DNA of 64,000 nucleotides from Pecten maximus. Its lineage: Eukaryota. Positions 29,545-44,362 of the stretch are shown in pieces. Every line of letters starts with the position of its first letter. Within the stretch, counting starts at the first letter, position 1. The notes under the pieces were generated by a model. It was not told the origin of the DNA. It made no database searches and saw nothing but the letters and a program-made list of their open reading frames with translations. Location of the stretch: contig NC_047024.1 in assembly GCF_902652985.1 (NCBI RefSeq), forward strand, positions 22,692,001 to 22,756,000, in the 5' to 3' direction. The translations under genes and the position numbers were made by a program.

Positions 29545-31489
29545 AGTCTCCAAATGATAGCGAAAAACTAATGTCGACTTTATAGTGCTATCTCACTGAA
29601 ACATACTGTCGAAGATACCCAAGCATTGGAACACATTTCTGTTTACAATTCTTTATAATTCGGACGGAATACAAACGAATATGTAGGATTCGATAGGTAT
29701 GATTTTAATTGAAGTGCATATTACATTGAAAGATTACTGCAACGATTACACAATGATGGATCTTTTTGCCTCTACGTAGACTCACAGATGGCGTGGTTTT
29801 GAAGACCCCACATAAGCCTATTTCAATTAATTTCCAAATAGGGATATTTGGACAAGATATGACATATTAGAGCTATAACAAATATATCCGGGTACTGATA
29901 TTAAAAACACTTATTACTTTAGCGACAGAATCGGATGTTACATGATATCCTACAGCTGTCATAACACTTACAATTGTAGCCTATGAATCACATTAGATTC
30001 AATAGGATGTCCGTGTATCAAATTACCAGTCATCATTACGTTCATTAAACTAGGCATATGTAAATTAAACATATATACTTGACGTACTTTGCGACAGCTA
30101 AAGATGTAATACACACTTGTTTGTATTCTGTCGATAATGATCTAACCTTTCTGATCACCAGACTGTCGTGTCTGTTAATGAGGAGCGATTTGGAACGATG
30201 CCAATTCTATGCTATTTCCATGTTATACGATTTTACACCGTTCCGATAACTGTCACAACAAGTCTGACTATAGACCTATTTGTCGAATCCAGTTTCGTTC
30301 GAAGCTGCTTAAGTTATATTAGATTTATAAGTACGGCGACATTGATTGAAGGGGTAAATCCAGAGAATGGTCATTGTTGTACAGTTTTATCATTCCCCTT
30401 CTCATATTACATTGCAATGGCATTAAACCCCATGTAAGCCATGGTCGCTGTCCTCGCCATCAGATGATGATGTTGAGCTGCTGAAAGATGGTCAATGATT
30501 AAGCAAATGACATTTTCCCGATAAATCTGAATAAATTTAAGATTGTCTACATCTCTGAAATATCAAGCTACTTTCGGGTGATACAAATATGTATGGAATC
30601 CGCATCTAACCGAATTCCCCAGGCTGACTGCTAGACATGCAAATTGGCCGAATCCCAAAATGATATGAAAAAAGAAAGAAAAATAAATAAATAAAACGTG
30701 TTCGAAGATAGAACATATTTGCATGGTTTGATCTCCAATTACATTATTGATATAAAGTGCATGAATTGGTATTGTTTATCAATTATGGACCTTATATATT
30801 AAATATTTTTTATTCTAGCAGCTCGGTATAACACCATATTAACCGAATCAAAGGTCCTTATTTCTTTTGTTAAATATTGAACTTTTTGCAAAAGGTTGGA
30901 ATTATTTCATATTTATCTTGATAACAAGAATTTTTTTACATTTATTGTGACGTCAAAATGAAATATTTTTGACAAAACAAACTTCAGTACTCTCGGACGG
31001 TGTGCGTATAGACTAAGCTTTCTGATGTGGCTTCGCGTTTAATGTACATTGTCACTGTGCCAAAATAAAGGGATGAACACGGATGACGGGTCAAATCACA
31101 GTGTCATCACACTGAAATATCATATCTGAACACGTTATCCTAACCATGCAAGTCCATACCGCAAACTCAGCTTATCGGTTTCCTGAAACTATTATATCTG
31201 TAGATTTGTTTCTCATCAAAATGTGCCCAGTGTTTCAGGTAGATTTAACAAATAGGAGAGCTGTCAATTTATGTGCGTCAGTCCTACCGTCTGAATTATA
31301 CATTCTATAAGAGGGGGTGGAGGCTAATAAAAATATTTGGGTAGAATCAGCGTCTGTTAATGTCAAAGGCATTAACCAAGGATTGATTTACCGATAAAAT
31401 CGCAATTATTTGACCAACAGTGTGTTTTAATATCAAAATATCGATATCCATGATGTATAAATACATTGTTAACTGAATACTAGAATATC

Positions 31490-31770
31490 TGGTTTGGTTT
31501 AGTATTGTTTAATGTCCAATCAACAGCTATTGTTTGTTAAGGACGGTCTCCCTGTCTGTGTGAGGTATGTGTGTGATGTATGAGCGTGTTTTGGGAGGCT
31601 GCGGTATATTCATTTTTGTCTCGGCTTGTGACAGCGCGTAGCTGATGTCGACTCTATAATGCTACCTCACTAAAGCATACTTTCGAAGACACCCAACATA
31701 CCAACCGGTAACATTATGCTGAAAACGGGCAAACCAGTCTTCCTACTAAATATATTCTGAGCGTAGGAGT
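31490..31770 (-). mobile_element. S1 SINE copy
   Basis: Reverse-complement match to 8520-8790. Confidence 0.8.
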
Positions 31771-34339
31771 AGCCTGACATTGAAATTAACCTTAATCCTT
31801 CTAAGAATACCGAATCACCAGATATCGAAGTTTATATCCACATTTTGGCATCAAACGTTATATTTACTAAATTCTCAGTTGAAAGAGTACTGATTAATTG
31901 TGCTTCTGTTGTTAAATCTTTCAATGTAATGAAATACATATACAAGATATATACTGTTTAAATTGGTTACAACTAAAGAAATGCTTCGAACAAAATATTT
32001 GAGCATGAGCATGGTTTCATGAATACTGATGCATTACTTCACAAGTTGATAGCAAAAGTAAGTAATTGTGGACCTTTTAAGGAAATGGAGATTTTCTACG
32101 GTTGCTTAAGGAATACTTCAGAGACCAAAATAGATCTAATATCCCTATCGCAACACTTGAAAACTTTATCTTTTCCTTTCTTTCTTGTCTTATCACTGGG
32201 TGACTTCTTGACACTTTTCCAACTGTATTGATGACAGTTGCGAGGTCGTTTATCCCCGAAGGTTAGACGTTCCTCGTGTTCACGCAGGTTTGTAGGATCA
32301 GTTGGCTGGTTGAGGTATGGGTAGATACTTCTGCAATCCCTGCCTAGCTGTGAGTTGTAGAAATTTTCAAAAGGTTTATTTTGAAATGGAAAGAAATCTA
32401 TACGTCTTTCTATGGAAATTTTTCGTGATATCTATTATCTTAATATTTATACAATTATGTCGCACTTTCATTTTAAGTACAGATTTCCAATATTTGATGA
32501 GAGTGTGTTCAATTATTTCAGCAAATATTTTGAATGATCGCAACATGTATAGCATGTTAATGTCGTTGCCTTTTCCATCGGATGATGTTCGGTGTGCCTG
32601 CAAGTGACGAACATATTAGTCAACTCTAACTGTACAGGTAGAAGACGATTCCTCCTAATCCTAGTACTGACACATGCACGTGAAAATTGATTTCAAATAG
32701 GATTATCTGGGGGTTTTAAGAAGAGATATGCACGTATTTGTGATATTTAAGAACGTTAAAACACCAATGAGTTATATCTCAATATGATAATTTCACTTAT
32801 GTCGCCGGATTTCATCAGAACAGTTTTTACGAATTAGATGACGGGTATTATTAAAAATCAAGATATATCATAGTCAGAAGCGAACAAGTAAAGCATCAAT
32901 TATCAATCTTTTGAGATTAAACATGTCTTGCAAGATTGTTTCAAGATTTGACACGAAAACGGAAAACGATATATTTTACAATACCATGATGGACATAAGG
33001 TCAACGCCGTGTCGCCGTTCGCTCGCTTTCTAACTCGGTTGAACACAAAATATCTAAAATATCTACCGATAAACTGATGGAAGAATTCCAATATCAGCCA
33101 TCTTTATTGACGTTTTATCGTGTCTCCTTAGCTGTATTGGCAGTGTTACAGGGAATACTGCTATCTGTGGTTGTGATTACGTATTGATCTGGGCTATTGT
33201 TGTGACGCTGAAGGAAAAGTTGTCTGGTGGAAAGTCGGTTTATATTTGGTCTCAGATCATTGGCTGCCAAATTATTTCCTTCAATTGAGTATAAAGTCTT
33301 CTTACATCAACGACGACATGTAACAAGCAAAGCAGTCTAATGGTAGTATCGTCAATCGTTATATGTCCCCTAATAATATTATAAAAGAACATCTCCTTTT
33401 TTCGATAATCTGTATACAGCTTTACGTATCTGACGATGTCCATCTCACAATTTGTACACAACCTTCTGTATCTGACGAAGTCTATACCATTCCAACTTAG
33501 CAGTGTCCCCCTGAAAAAGGTTATTTGGTCAACAATTGGAGTCATTTAAGACCAAAGACACCAGATTAAAATGACGCTCACAGAATGAAAACACATAAAA
33601 AATTAACTAAAATGTTTAAAGGTAGCAATCAAAAACTGATATTTTTATTTAAATGTTATGGTTATGTTCTCATGCACGTAAATAACCAATAATAAGCCTG
33701 CACGTGTTTCGCGTAAATTTACAGTTTTATACATGGCACAAAAGCAACATTGCCAAACTCCTCTTTTTATATTCAAGCATTCCACATCGAAATTCCCATT
33801 TACTGTGATAGGAAACGACAAATAAGTGTTCTACTGCATACAACATATACTGAGAAATACTGACTTTGTACACCAACGTTAATATCATATCCATGTTATT
33901 GTTGTAAAGAAAATGTTTTGTGTGTTATCCCAGCCGTGATGTGCCATGATCACAGGTAGCGTCGGAAGTCAATGGCGTCCAAATAGTTAAATATCTTGAC
34001 TTGATATCAAACTTGTTCACAGATCTGTGCTTTACAAGGTTATTTATTCACGAAATTAGCGTATCGTACGTTTTGATCTACATATTATTACTTATCATGC
34101 TACGACAATTAAGAGTTATGACCCCTTTTTACATTTGCATTATAAAGGTTATAAATAGCTGTACCAGCTCAAAAAGTATTTTTGTCTATATATGTTTTGA
34201 ATATTCTTATATTTCTTTCCAATCGTGTCTTTGTATCAAATTTAAACAGGCCGAAAACAAATTCCCTTTGAATTCTGTTAAAATCTGTCCCAGTATTTCA
34301 AAAATCTCAAAATGGCAAAACAAAATACAAACAAAAGAA

Positions 34340-34670
34340 TTACCGTCCTATCAACAGCTAAGGTCATTTAAGGACGGTACCCCCTGTGTGCGAGATGTAT
34401 GAGTGTAGTATATCTGTTTTGGAAGGGTCAGTTTGTGATCTCCTTGTGATAGCGCGGAACCGATGCCATCTTTATAGTGCTACCTCACTGAAATATACTG
34501 ACGAAGACATCCAGCAGGACACCTCATCGAGTCACATTATACAGCAAACGGACGAATCAGTCATCCCTCCAAATAATGCTGAGCGCTCACAGTAACGAAC
34601 GCTGGAAGGCCAAAAGTAAGGCAGTGTCAAGGGAGACATCTTGAAAAACAAAGTTGCTAGAAAGAAGAGA
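34340..34670 (-). mobile_element. S1 SINE copy
   Basis: GTCCTATCAACAGCTAAGGTCATTTAAGGACGG...TTTATAGTGCTACCTCACTGAA...GCTGAGCGCT. Confidence 0.8.
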
Positions 34671-35489
34671 AAATTAATGATTTTATTGCTTTCTAGTAAA
34701 CATAAGATTTGAAAAATGAGTTTTGTAACCATTTAAAAAGCGAACGCAGTAGTGTGATTAAGCATACCCATGAGGTATAAGCTATCTTTGGTTTATGCCA
34801 TTATCAATCAATATATTATGCTTCCATCCTAACTTTTTATTCAAACATCTAATAATGACAACACAAGTTAAATGCTACATGTATTCTCATTAACCGGATT
34901 TGTGTGAAGCTTCTCTAGGAGTGTAGAGGACACGGAACCGCCGCTAGGGGTCGCTGGTTAACCGACAAGAGGCGAGAATGAAATGTTATGTAATAGTATC
35001 AAAATGGCGTGTCGGGGAAAATTATCGGTCTAAACACTGCACCTGAAGTCGATAAATCGATAACGTAATTGGTCTGGCGTAAATAGCCCTCATGCAATTT
35101 TAAGCCTGCGTGTATCTTTACTGCCAACAGTGGTGCAAACTGGTGCAACGTGCGTCTACGGGGATTTGTTATTGTTTTAAAGGCGTATAATACTGGTACA
35201 TGGCTGAATTTAAATACGGACTTAAAATCAATTCTACAGATAGACGTTCCTGTCTATATCGAATCTGTCTACACGTGCATGCTTATATAGATATGTATTT
35301 CAGGACGTTTCATCAAATGTCCACGAAAAAAAAAAAGAAAAAAAAGAAGAAGAAAGGTTTTAGAAAAAAAAGAAAGTTCATGCACTTGTTTAATGCATGA
35401 TTATTGCTTGCAAAGTCGTCCTCATGATCTTAGCTGTTACGGGGACATTGTACGTCTAAAAAAAACAATATCAAATTTGTTGTTTCGTC

Positions 35490-35850
35490 TTGTTTGTTTT
35501 GTTTAGCGTTCATCGACAGCTTGGGTCATTTAAGGACGGCCTCCTCTGTGTATTATTTAATGTCCTATTAACAGCTAAGGTTAATTAAGGACGGCTTCTT
35601 TGTATATTGTTTTATTTCCTATTAGTAGCTACGGTCCTTTAAGGACGCCTACTCTGTGTATTGTTTTAGGTGCATGCGTTGGGTGTTTGGGAGGCTGCGG
35701 TATGCTTATGTTCGTCTCGATCGTCAAACTTATAGTACTATCTCACTGAAGCATTCTTCCGAAGACATCCAGCAGTACACACCACCCGGTCACATACTGA
35801 CAACGGGCAAACCAGGCGTCTCAGTCCAAGAATGCTGAGCGTTAGGCAGG
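35490..35850 (-). mobile_element. S1 SINE copy with triplicated tail
   Basis: The TAAGGACG(G)C tail segment occurs three times (~35530, ~35586, ~35640) before the S1 body. Confidence 0.75.
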
Positions 35851-36299
35851 TTAAGTTAGGACCAGCAAATGGTTGGATGATTTTTTTTTAAATTACAAAA
35901 CATCAAACAAACCAAATGTTGGCTTTGAATTTTCAGGCTCTTTCAATCACATGTCCATCTAAAGACACCAATCAGAACACTTCTCTCGGTTACATCATAC
36001 TGACCACTGACGAACAATTTGTCCCAAAATGTTGAACATTAACATGTACATGTGTTTAAGAGATGAGAGCGTTCAAGTAAACGAGACAACCGCGGGGCAA
36101 AACAATGTACGCACTTCGAATGACATATAGTGTTATATAATATCCTGGGTTGGAAAAAGATTTTGTATAAGTGGTAAGGTGGTATGTTACAAGTCTTATC
36201 TTTCACTAAAACAACGATGTTTAATTTTTTCAAGCTCGAGGGTTTTAAGTAATCAGGGGTTTGTCTTCATCTCATTTTACACAGCTTGATTTCTTGGTA

Positions 36300-36690
36300 A
36301 TAAAATCTGCCAAGTTTCACATACAACGGAAGTAAAGGAAATAAACAAAAGTGTATAACTTTTGCAAAATTAGTTGTATTTAATTGCTTGTCAGGGGAAG
36401 AACTGTATATCATGATTGCAACTCCTTCGAAGTTTTAAAGCAATCGGTAGAAAAACTGCTGGAGATCGGAGAAGATTCAAGAACTAGAAATAAAACAAAA
36501 TGTGAATTACTTTTGCAATGACAGGGATACACAACTACATATCATGATTATAACGCATACCAGGTTTCAAAGAATTCGATCGAACAATGTCGATCTCTGG
36601 ACAGTTATAAGTTTACGCTGGAAGGTCGGTCGGTCGGTCTGTCGGACGGACGGACGATAAAACGTTCAATCTGACCGACATATAAATAAT
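36300..36690 (+). mobile_element. HINE/DINE-like element remnant
   Basis: Two degenerate core repeats (..TATATCATGATT..AAGTTT.AAAG.AATCG..) followed by a GGTC/GACG microsatellite. Confidence 0.5.
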
Positions 36691-38492
36691 CAAATATGAG
36701 GCAGTGCTATGGGAGACACCAGAAAAAAAGTCGGTTAAAAGGAAGAAGAAACATGTGAACCTAAATTGACGACCAGGCAATGGGAATACAATGCTCATGT
36801 CCTACATGAAGAGACTTATACATAAAACATACACAGCTAGTATTATTTCTGTTGTAAAGCTTCTTAGTAAACCAACAATGAAATATCATAGCCTTCCAGC
36901 AGGAGCAAACACACCGGAAACTGTTTAATCGATGAGCATTAATGATGTGACGCCTAGTTCAAACGGAAATCTCCGAACGGATATGGTTTCCATAGAAATA
37001 ATGATCTGGTTCCTGCTAAAAAGGCTGTTACATCTCGTTGTTAATATGTACATAGGAGCGAATATATGGCTCAGGTCCTTGTTTTAAACGCAATTATTCA
37101 CGTGTTTGTTTTAGTTCTGTATGTATAAACGAACAATGGAAAATTCCTACAGGTAATGCGTTAGAATTGTATATAATCAGATTTGGAAAAAAAGAAGTTA
37201 TTTCGATTTTAGCTTCATCACTGAATAAAAACACATCCCTATCTATTATTGGATATTTATAAGGGCAGCTTTTATGCATTTTGACATTTATATATACCGG
37301 TATCATTTCCAGACAGGTTTGACATACGATAAAATTTGCATAAAACAAATTAACTGTACAAAAATGTTTATGCATTTGGAAATAAATGACTATTTCATTT
37401 CACAACAGCTGGTTATACAGCTAATCTCAAAATTTACATATCACTTAACAGAATAACTGATAACAACATGAACAGCTGTTGAAGTATACATTATTATATA
37501 CTGTGATTTTTTCATTATTGAACACCAATATATTCCTATGAATTATCGGATTTTTCGGATGAAATTTGACCTACATGTACGTGTACTAGTAACATATCCA
37601 TAGGCCCAGTACAGGAACGAGGAAAGAATATGAATATGCCTGCTTTGTCCCACTTCATGTTGAAGGAGGCGACTGATTGCTCTCCTTTCCAACCAGGTCG
37701 GGGGTGGTTTCTTCTTTGTCTTCTGTTCAAAGGGCACTGAAGACCCAATGATAAGGCCTGCTGTATCGCACTGGATGTTGGTCGTAATAGGCGAAAACAG
37801 AGACCCATGAAGAATCGTGGATTTTCTTCTGTATTCTATTTAGAAGACATTGAAGACACAAATATAGTTCTTTTTTCCCTATTGTAACACTTGGAAGCTT
37901 CAATGTTTCATTTTTTCCTCAGTGGTCTGTCTTTTTGTCGTTTGATTTTCTTAGTCTATATGTGTCTCCTAGACGTCCGTCTTCATATGACCCTGGCTGT
38001 TGTGAGGTCATCAAACACCTAAAAAATGCCAAAACAAAATCATATCAATATATTTTGATAAGCCAAACATTTGCATTAACATAGATTGTATTAATATTTT
38101 TTTTAACGTTTTTGAGAACGCACTAAGTAATAGTATGCAAACACCTTCTACGTCATAGACAGTAAATATTGATGATTTCCCAATTCGTTAATATCATGTA
38201 AATATGATATTCTACCCAAAAAAAATATCCCCATTCCCAAGAAGTGAGCAGAGCACTTTATGGAAAACTGTATTTTGAAAAAAAAAAAAAAAAAAAAAAA
38301 AATAGAAACCGGAATATTTATGTATTCTAGTATAAAAAAAAAACCTTTCTTATATTTCAATTGCAGAAATGATTTCATTTCGTTATACTTGTTACTAGCT
38401 TACAATTAGAAACTTGCGGCCAAATGTTAAGATCATAGTACTGATATTTCAAGATTGGCTAACTACCAAAACACCATTTGAACATTACGTAG

Positions 38493-39145
38493 AGGCTGCG
38501 GTGGCCGCGGTGGCCAAGTTGGCCCGACATTTTATCACTAGCCCTCCACCTCTTGGTTGTGAGTTCGAAACCAACTAGGGGCAGTTGCCAGGTACTGAAC
38601 GTAGGCCGATGGTTTAACTCAGGGTACTCTGGCTTTCCTACACCTCCAAGACATGGCACGTCCTTAAATGACAACTCTGGCTTTCCTACACCTCCAAAAC
38701 ATGGCACGTCCTTAAATGATAACTCTGGCTTTCCTACACCTCCAAGACATGGCACGTCCTTAAATGATAACTCTGGCTTTCCTACACCTCCAAGACATGG
38801 CACGTCCTTAAATGACAACTCTGGCTTTCCTACACCTCCAAAACATGGCACGTCCTTAAATGATAACTCTGGCTTTATTCCTACACCTCCAAAACATGGC
38901 ACGTGCTTAAATGATAACTCTGGCTTTATTCCTACACCTCCAAAACATGGCAAGTCCTCAAATGATAACTCTGGCTTTATTCCTACACCTCCAAAACATG
39001 GCATGTCCTCAAATGATAACTCTGGCTTTATTCCTACACCTCCAAAACATGGCACGTCCTTAAATGACAACTCTGGCTTTCCTACACCTCCAAAACATGG
39101 CACGTCCTTAAATGACCCTGGCTATTAATAGGACGTTTTAAACGA
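38493..39145 (+). mobile_element. tRNA-headed V-like SINE with an internal 10x tandem amplification (48/51-bp unit, 38626-39115)
   Basis: Head GCGGTGGCCG..GAGTTCGAAACC; GGGTACTCTGGCTTTCC; unit ACTCTGGCTTT(ATT)CCTACACCTCCAAAACATGGCACGTCCTTAAATGA(C/T)A; tail GACCCTGGCTATTAATAGGACGTT shared with S1. Confidence 0.85.
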
Positions 39146-41584
39146 AATGAACTAAACCAATGAACATTGCGTCTACAGACAAACGGACGGACAACATGAC
39201 TCCGCTATACCCCATAACTTCCTTGCATCAAATTCATCAATCGTAATCATGATTTGAATGTTAAAATTAGAGCATGAGAGAGTGTTATCCTGATACTGGG
39301 ATTTCTTGGGGAAGGGCGATAATTTTGTGACTCCATTTTAAATTATGTGGCTGTCACTTAATAAACCCATTCCTTTCAGCAGAAATAGGTGTTAAGTCAT
39401 CATAAAAGCCTATCTATGGACACCTAGGTCACATGGGGGGATGGACGCCCAATAAAGTGATGTTCGGATTTCCCCCTTACCCAGAAACATGATGCGTGCT
39501 TCTCAGTTCCGGTACAAATAAAACATGGACACTTGCCCATCCGGCCAGCAAAGCGTTACTATCTCTGTTTCCGGTGTTTAACAGTTGGTTTTTATACCAC
39601 AGTAATGTTTATTGTTTATGTGGTCATGTTCTTGGTGCAAATAACTGACTTTTTATTCTGGATTCGAAGTTATAATCTATAAATTGGAGAATAAGCTAAT
39701 TCAGCTGAAGGTCGTCTTGTGAAATTAGCATTAGGCTATACAGAAGCTTTCTCGACACTCGATTTTAAATGATCCAAACCTGCTTGTTCATTTTGGTCGG
39801 CATTTACAAATATGTATCAGTGACCGGAGATTCAGATAAAATTTGCCATATTACTACCTAACCACAAATATAGAACTCCAAAACCTGATTTAACATGTTT
39901 AACCTCCGTGAAATATGTGACACTTTACCATTATATGAATCCAAAAGTATGCCATTCTTTATGGACAGTCATATTTTATGTGACACTTGTCCATGTGATA
40001 TGTGACAGTTTACTAAGTATAGGAATAAAAAAAATGCTACTGCTTATGGGTATTTTTTCTTAAACTTTTGTCCGGACTCCTCCTCCTGAACGTGATACAA
40101 TTTCAATTAAGATACAAGGAGTTTTTGCTGCCATGTCTATATAAAACTGCAGTTTTTGGCGGCCATCGTAGCCAGATCATTACACAGGTTTTTGTTTAAT
40201 GTCCTTTAGCCGTTACCATGGAAATATGATAGAGGCTACTGATTGGCCAAAATAGGGATATTATTTGATTTAGCTGATATATAAAGATTTAAGGGATTGC
40301 AATTACAATGGTGCTGGTTTAAAAAAAAAGACTTCCAAATATAAGGATCAGTCATTTGGTTGCCAAGGTAACCAAAAGAACTCCTTATTTGGGCGAAGTG
40401 TGTGCAGTCCACCCCTATTGTGAACCAATCAAAATGAAACTACACTGGTGTTTTATTGACTATATGTAGATGGTTTGCACTATCAACTGCCTTTATATGT
40501 ATATTTAGTCATGGGTATATATGAACTGTTTCATATACTTTATTCAATCAATTTAACGGTCAATATATTTCTAGTTGCTAATTTTCGTACTATACATTAC
40601 ATGTTAATCGTAAATCTTGGTTTGATTTTAGGATCTATCGGTGTGCGACGAGAATTAATACAATCCATACTGCCCTGAATTTTACACAGCTGCTACTTAG
40701 CTGATACCAAGATTAGATTTATCTATCTCATACATTTGTTTTGTTTATGCCGACAGATAAATACCGGGGCATTGATTTTGTAAACATCCGGATCAGCGGA
40801 TACCGCAGTCAATACCAACAGTGTCTTCTCGATGGTGGATTAAGAGGACCCACCGGGGAACCAAGGGAATTTGCTACTTTGCTGACCAACTGTTTCCCCT
40901 TTGTCTCCATGTTACGTCACTTTCGTGGAAAATAAATGGACTTTCTTATACGGAGTATGCAAAGTGAAAAACGCGTTACGTATTATCGCCATATATACAC
41001 AGATTGTAACAAGTGGAACGCTATATGTGTCCTGTTGGGTGAAGTTGTACAGGTTTCTTTGAAATGTTCATTGTTTAACGTCCTATTAACAGCTGTGGTT
41101 ATTTAAGGACGGCTTCCCCTATGGATTGTTTAAAGTCCTATCTACAACTATGGAAAATAAAAGAAATAGAAAAATAAAAATACACAGACACACAAATTAG
41201 TAAAGTGACAAAATGAACACATCTATTATCTCTACCTCCTTCACAAATTTCCAACAATCATACATGATCTACATCAAACTCGAACACTCGTAATGAACCT
41301 TCTATACGATAAAGACAATATCAGACACAGTCGTAATATAAGTTATCGTAAAGGTCAAATTTTATATGCTAGACTCACTAAATCAACATTTATTTTACGA
41401 AAGCCTAATTCACCAAGTTTTATGATACAATATAAAGGAAAACGTAAATCTTTTCTCTGAGGTATCACTATATACAATGTACGTTTTACTTATAATATTA
41501 GAAATGTAATATGTAAATGATTGGAAAATATATCGCTTACAACACCGGCTACTGTTATATGAGTTAAGAAAGTATCATAATGTA

Positions 41585-42215
41585 TGGTTGGTTTAAAATT
41601 GTTGGTGTCCTATCAACAGCTAAGGTCGTTTAAGGACTTACCCTGTAGGTAGGGCGTAAGGATTTTACCTGCTGCCCCCGTCGCATGATCGTAAATTTGT
41701 GATCTTATCTTTTCTCTTCTTTCTAAACAGCTTTATTCTTTCCAGTGTTTTCCTTGACATTGCGTCGCTTTTGGCATTTTGCCCCTGTGAGGAAGTATTT
41801 TGGGTGTTATGTCTCCTTGTCGAGACATACCAGGGTCTATAAAAATGGTAGTTGTTATTCCTGCTAAATGCTCAGCATATTTGGAGTGGGTCGATTATCG
41901 GTGTGCATGCGTGGGATACCTGTAAAATGTTTTGTTGTGAAACAGTGCTGTGTATCAACTACGGACACTACTTTAATTGTATATATATTATATTGTAAAT
42001 ATGTTTTTCTCTATACATCATGTCAGTACGTGAAAAGAGAATAAAATTAATTTCAATTTTAATTTTGTGTGTTTTGGGAGTCTGCGGTTTGTTCATGATT
42101 TGCCTCCTTGTGATAGCGCGGAACTAATGCCTATTTTATAGTGCTACCTCACCGAAGCACGCTGCCTAAGACATCCAATAGGACACCACATCCAGTCACT
42201 GACAACGGGCAACAA
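41585..42215. mobile_element. Cluster of S1 SINE fragments in both orientations
   Basis: Minus tail 41585-41640; plus body 41641-41890 (CCCTGTAGGTAGGGCGTAAG, as at 8319); minus body 42065-42210. Confidence 0.75.
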
Positions 42216-42869
42216 TGTATGGCATTGTCAATTTCTTTTTATTACAAGTAAAACACAGACAGAGAAAAAAAATACTCGTCAATATATTTGGAAAAAAAAA
42301 ACAAAAAAACATTTAGATATTTTTAATAAGAAACAATGGTACATGTGCCAGTCCTGTGTGTAGGGGGTGGGGGTTGTACCCCATTGTGCAATTTGTAGGA
42401 GGCGACTTAATTTGGAATTTTCATTCTGATGTCTGTATTAACATTGCCTGACTTATGATCTTTGTTTTGCGCGTTTGCCTAGGTGAGTTAGGGTGTAGTT
42501 TCTAGCCCCTAAGCGAGACATACAAGTCATGTACAAGTATGGCACTTTATGACTCCGACTTGACACTCTGTAGTTGACAGGGATGTACAAAGAGATATGT
42601 CGTATTCTGTTGCAACAATACGGGCCATGAGGGCTGCCATATCATGTATTTTGCTACATGACATTTCAGTATGGTTACACTATAAAGCGGCCCTTATGTT
42701 GGCATCGTCCTTTAGTGACCGTACTAGTATTGTATTTTGTTGACGAAACCTTAAACAATGTATGAACAATCAAATAAGAAAACTTAAAAAAAAAAAAAAA
42801 AAAAGGACCAAAAGTAAAAAAAACAAAACAAACAAAAATAAAAAACAAGACAATAATAGTTATAATAAC

Positions 42870-43280
42870 TGGAAATGTCTGTAAGACATAAAAGCCCCCG
42901 CTACAACTGAAACAGTTGATGATTTTCTATTTTTAACAACAGTGACTTTGGCTTTGACCTTGGAATCTGAAACAAAATCATATCAGAAGTTTACCTATAC
43001 TTGACTATTTTTTTTATAAAAGTTTGATGAAAATCTGTCAGAGAATGAAGTTGCTAGGTGTTAAATTGAATCGGGACGGGACGGGCAGGACGGGCAGGGC
43101 AGGACGGGCAGACGGGCAGGGCAGGGCAGGACAGGCAGGACGGGCAGGGCAGGACGGGCAGGACGGGCAGGGCAGGACGGGCAGGACGGGCAGGACGGGC
43201 AGGGCAGGACGGGCAGGACGGGACATGGGGCATAAGAAAAGTTATTACCGGATATGATTTCAATCAATCAGAGGGTAATA
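42870..43280 (+). mobile_element. HINE/DINE-like element with an expanded G-rich microsatellite (GGGCA/GGAC, 43075-43224)
   Basis: AAATGTCTGTAAGACATAAAAGCCCCCG start, TTTGACCTTG and AAGTTTGATGAAAATC motifs, then the microsatellite. This accounts for the low-complexity ORFs here. Confidence 0.6.
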
Positions 43281-44362
43281 AATGGCAGGATGCTAGCTTT
43301 TTATCCTCCATCACCTGTATATGACGCAAGTAACCAAAAGTATATACATAATTTACATAGTTAACGTTTTCGGTACTAACCCTAGCTGTGATTCTGACTT
43401 ACGTCAGTAAAGTGTGTACGGTAATACACACACAGACTGCGCACTAGTTATTTTACAACGTGGCCATGTGTGTTGGATGTTGTAATTAACCTGTTTGTAA
43501 ACAATCAATGAAGTCTGGTCTTAACATTCCGGATATATATATAGCTTCATGACGTCATTCCGATAAGTGTTAGGGATGTTTTATATTATGCTTGTATTCG
43601 TCTGGGGAAAAGTACTGGGCATTAATATCTTATGAAGGTGTTTTCAAAACAAACGGCGCAAATTCTAATTAACAAGTATGCGTTATTACATAATCAATGA
43701 TAGATTGATAATAATTATATAACTTCTTTCAAAAAAACTTCACTAAAATCTATTAAGAAAACATAGAAAAGACGTTTTTAATGTATTGGTACACTTCAAA
43801 ACAATTTTTCCTTGCAAAATCACAATAATATGATAGTCACCTAAAATATCTCTCCTACGGACATGTAAGAAAATCTAGCAAAGAAATACAGTACATGTTT
43901 CTATATAACGAAATCATTTAGAATTGAAATGGACAAGCTAAACTTTCACAAAAAATTCGCAAAATGCACCTAAATACAGACATTTTTCTCCAACAATATC
44001 ACTCGATCAATATAATTTTGTACATGAGAAAGCAACGAGTCCGATGTAGTGTTGAATCTACGTCCGATGTAGTAAAAGGACATAAAAACGGCCGTTCTGG
44101 GGAGGTTCCATGGATTAGAATAAAGTTGCTAGAAAGAAGAGAACCATGTTATGTGGGCAGCGGTACAACTACGTTCTCCCTACCTTCAGGGCAGGTTTAA
44201 AGTTTGACGTTACCGTCGTGGAAAAAGGTAACATCATAGGCTTCCCGTAGCACTCTGATGATTTAAGTTAGGGGAAGGGAAATAACTCCAACAGATGCTA
44301 GCGCTACATTCTATCAACAGACATTAGTGCGCGTGCCTGTCTTTGAATGCTGTAGTATCTTC

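Noticed and set aside
33615-34272. Kolobok-type non-autonomous element (TTAA|AGG start)
   Set aside because: Right end and TIR not convincingly matched.
38459-39128. 214-aa and 191-aa repeat proteins
   Set aside because: Both lie entirely within an amplified SINE; the open frames follow from unit lengths divisible by 3.
43024-43267. Collagen-like or Cys/Pro-rich ORFs
   Set aside because: Translations of a GGGCA/GGAC microsatellite.
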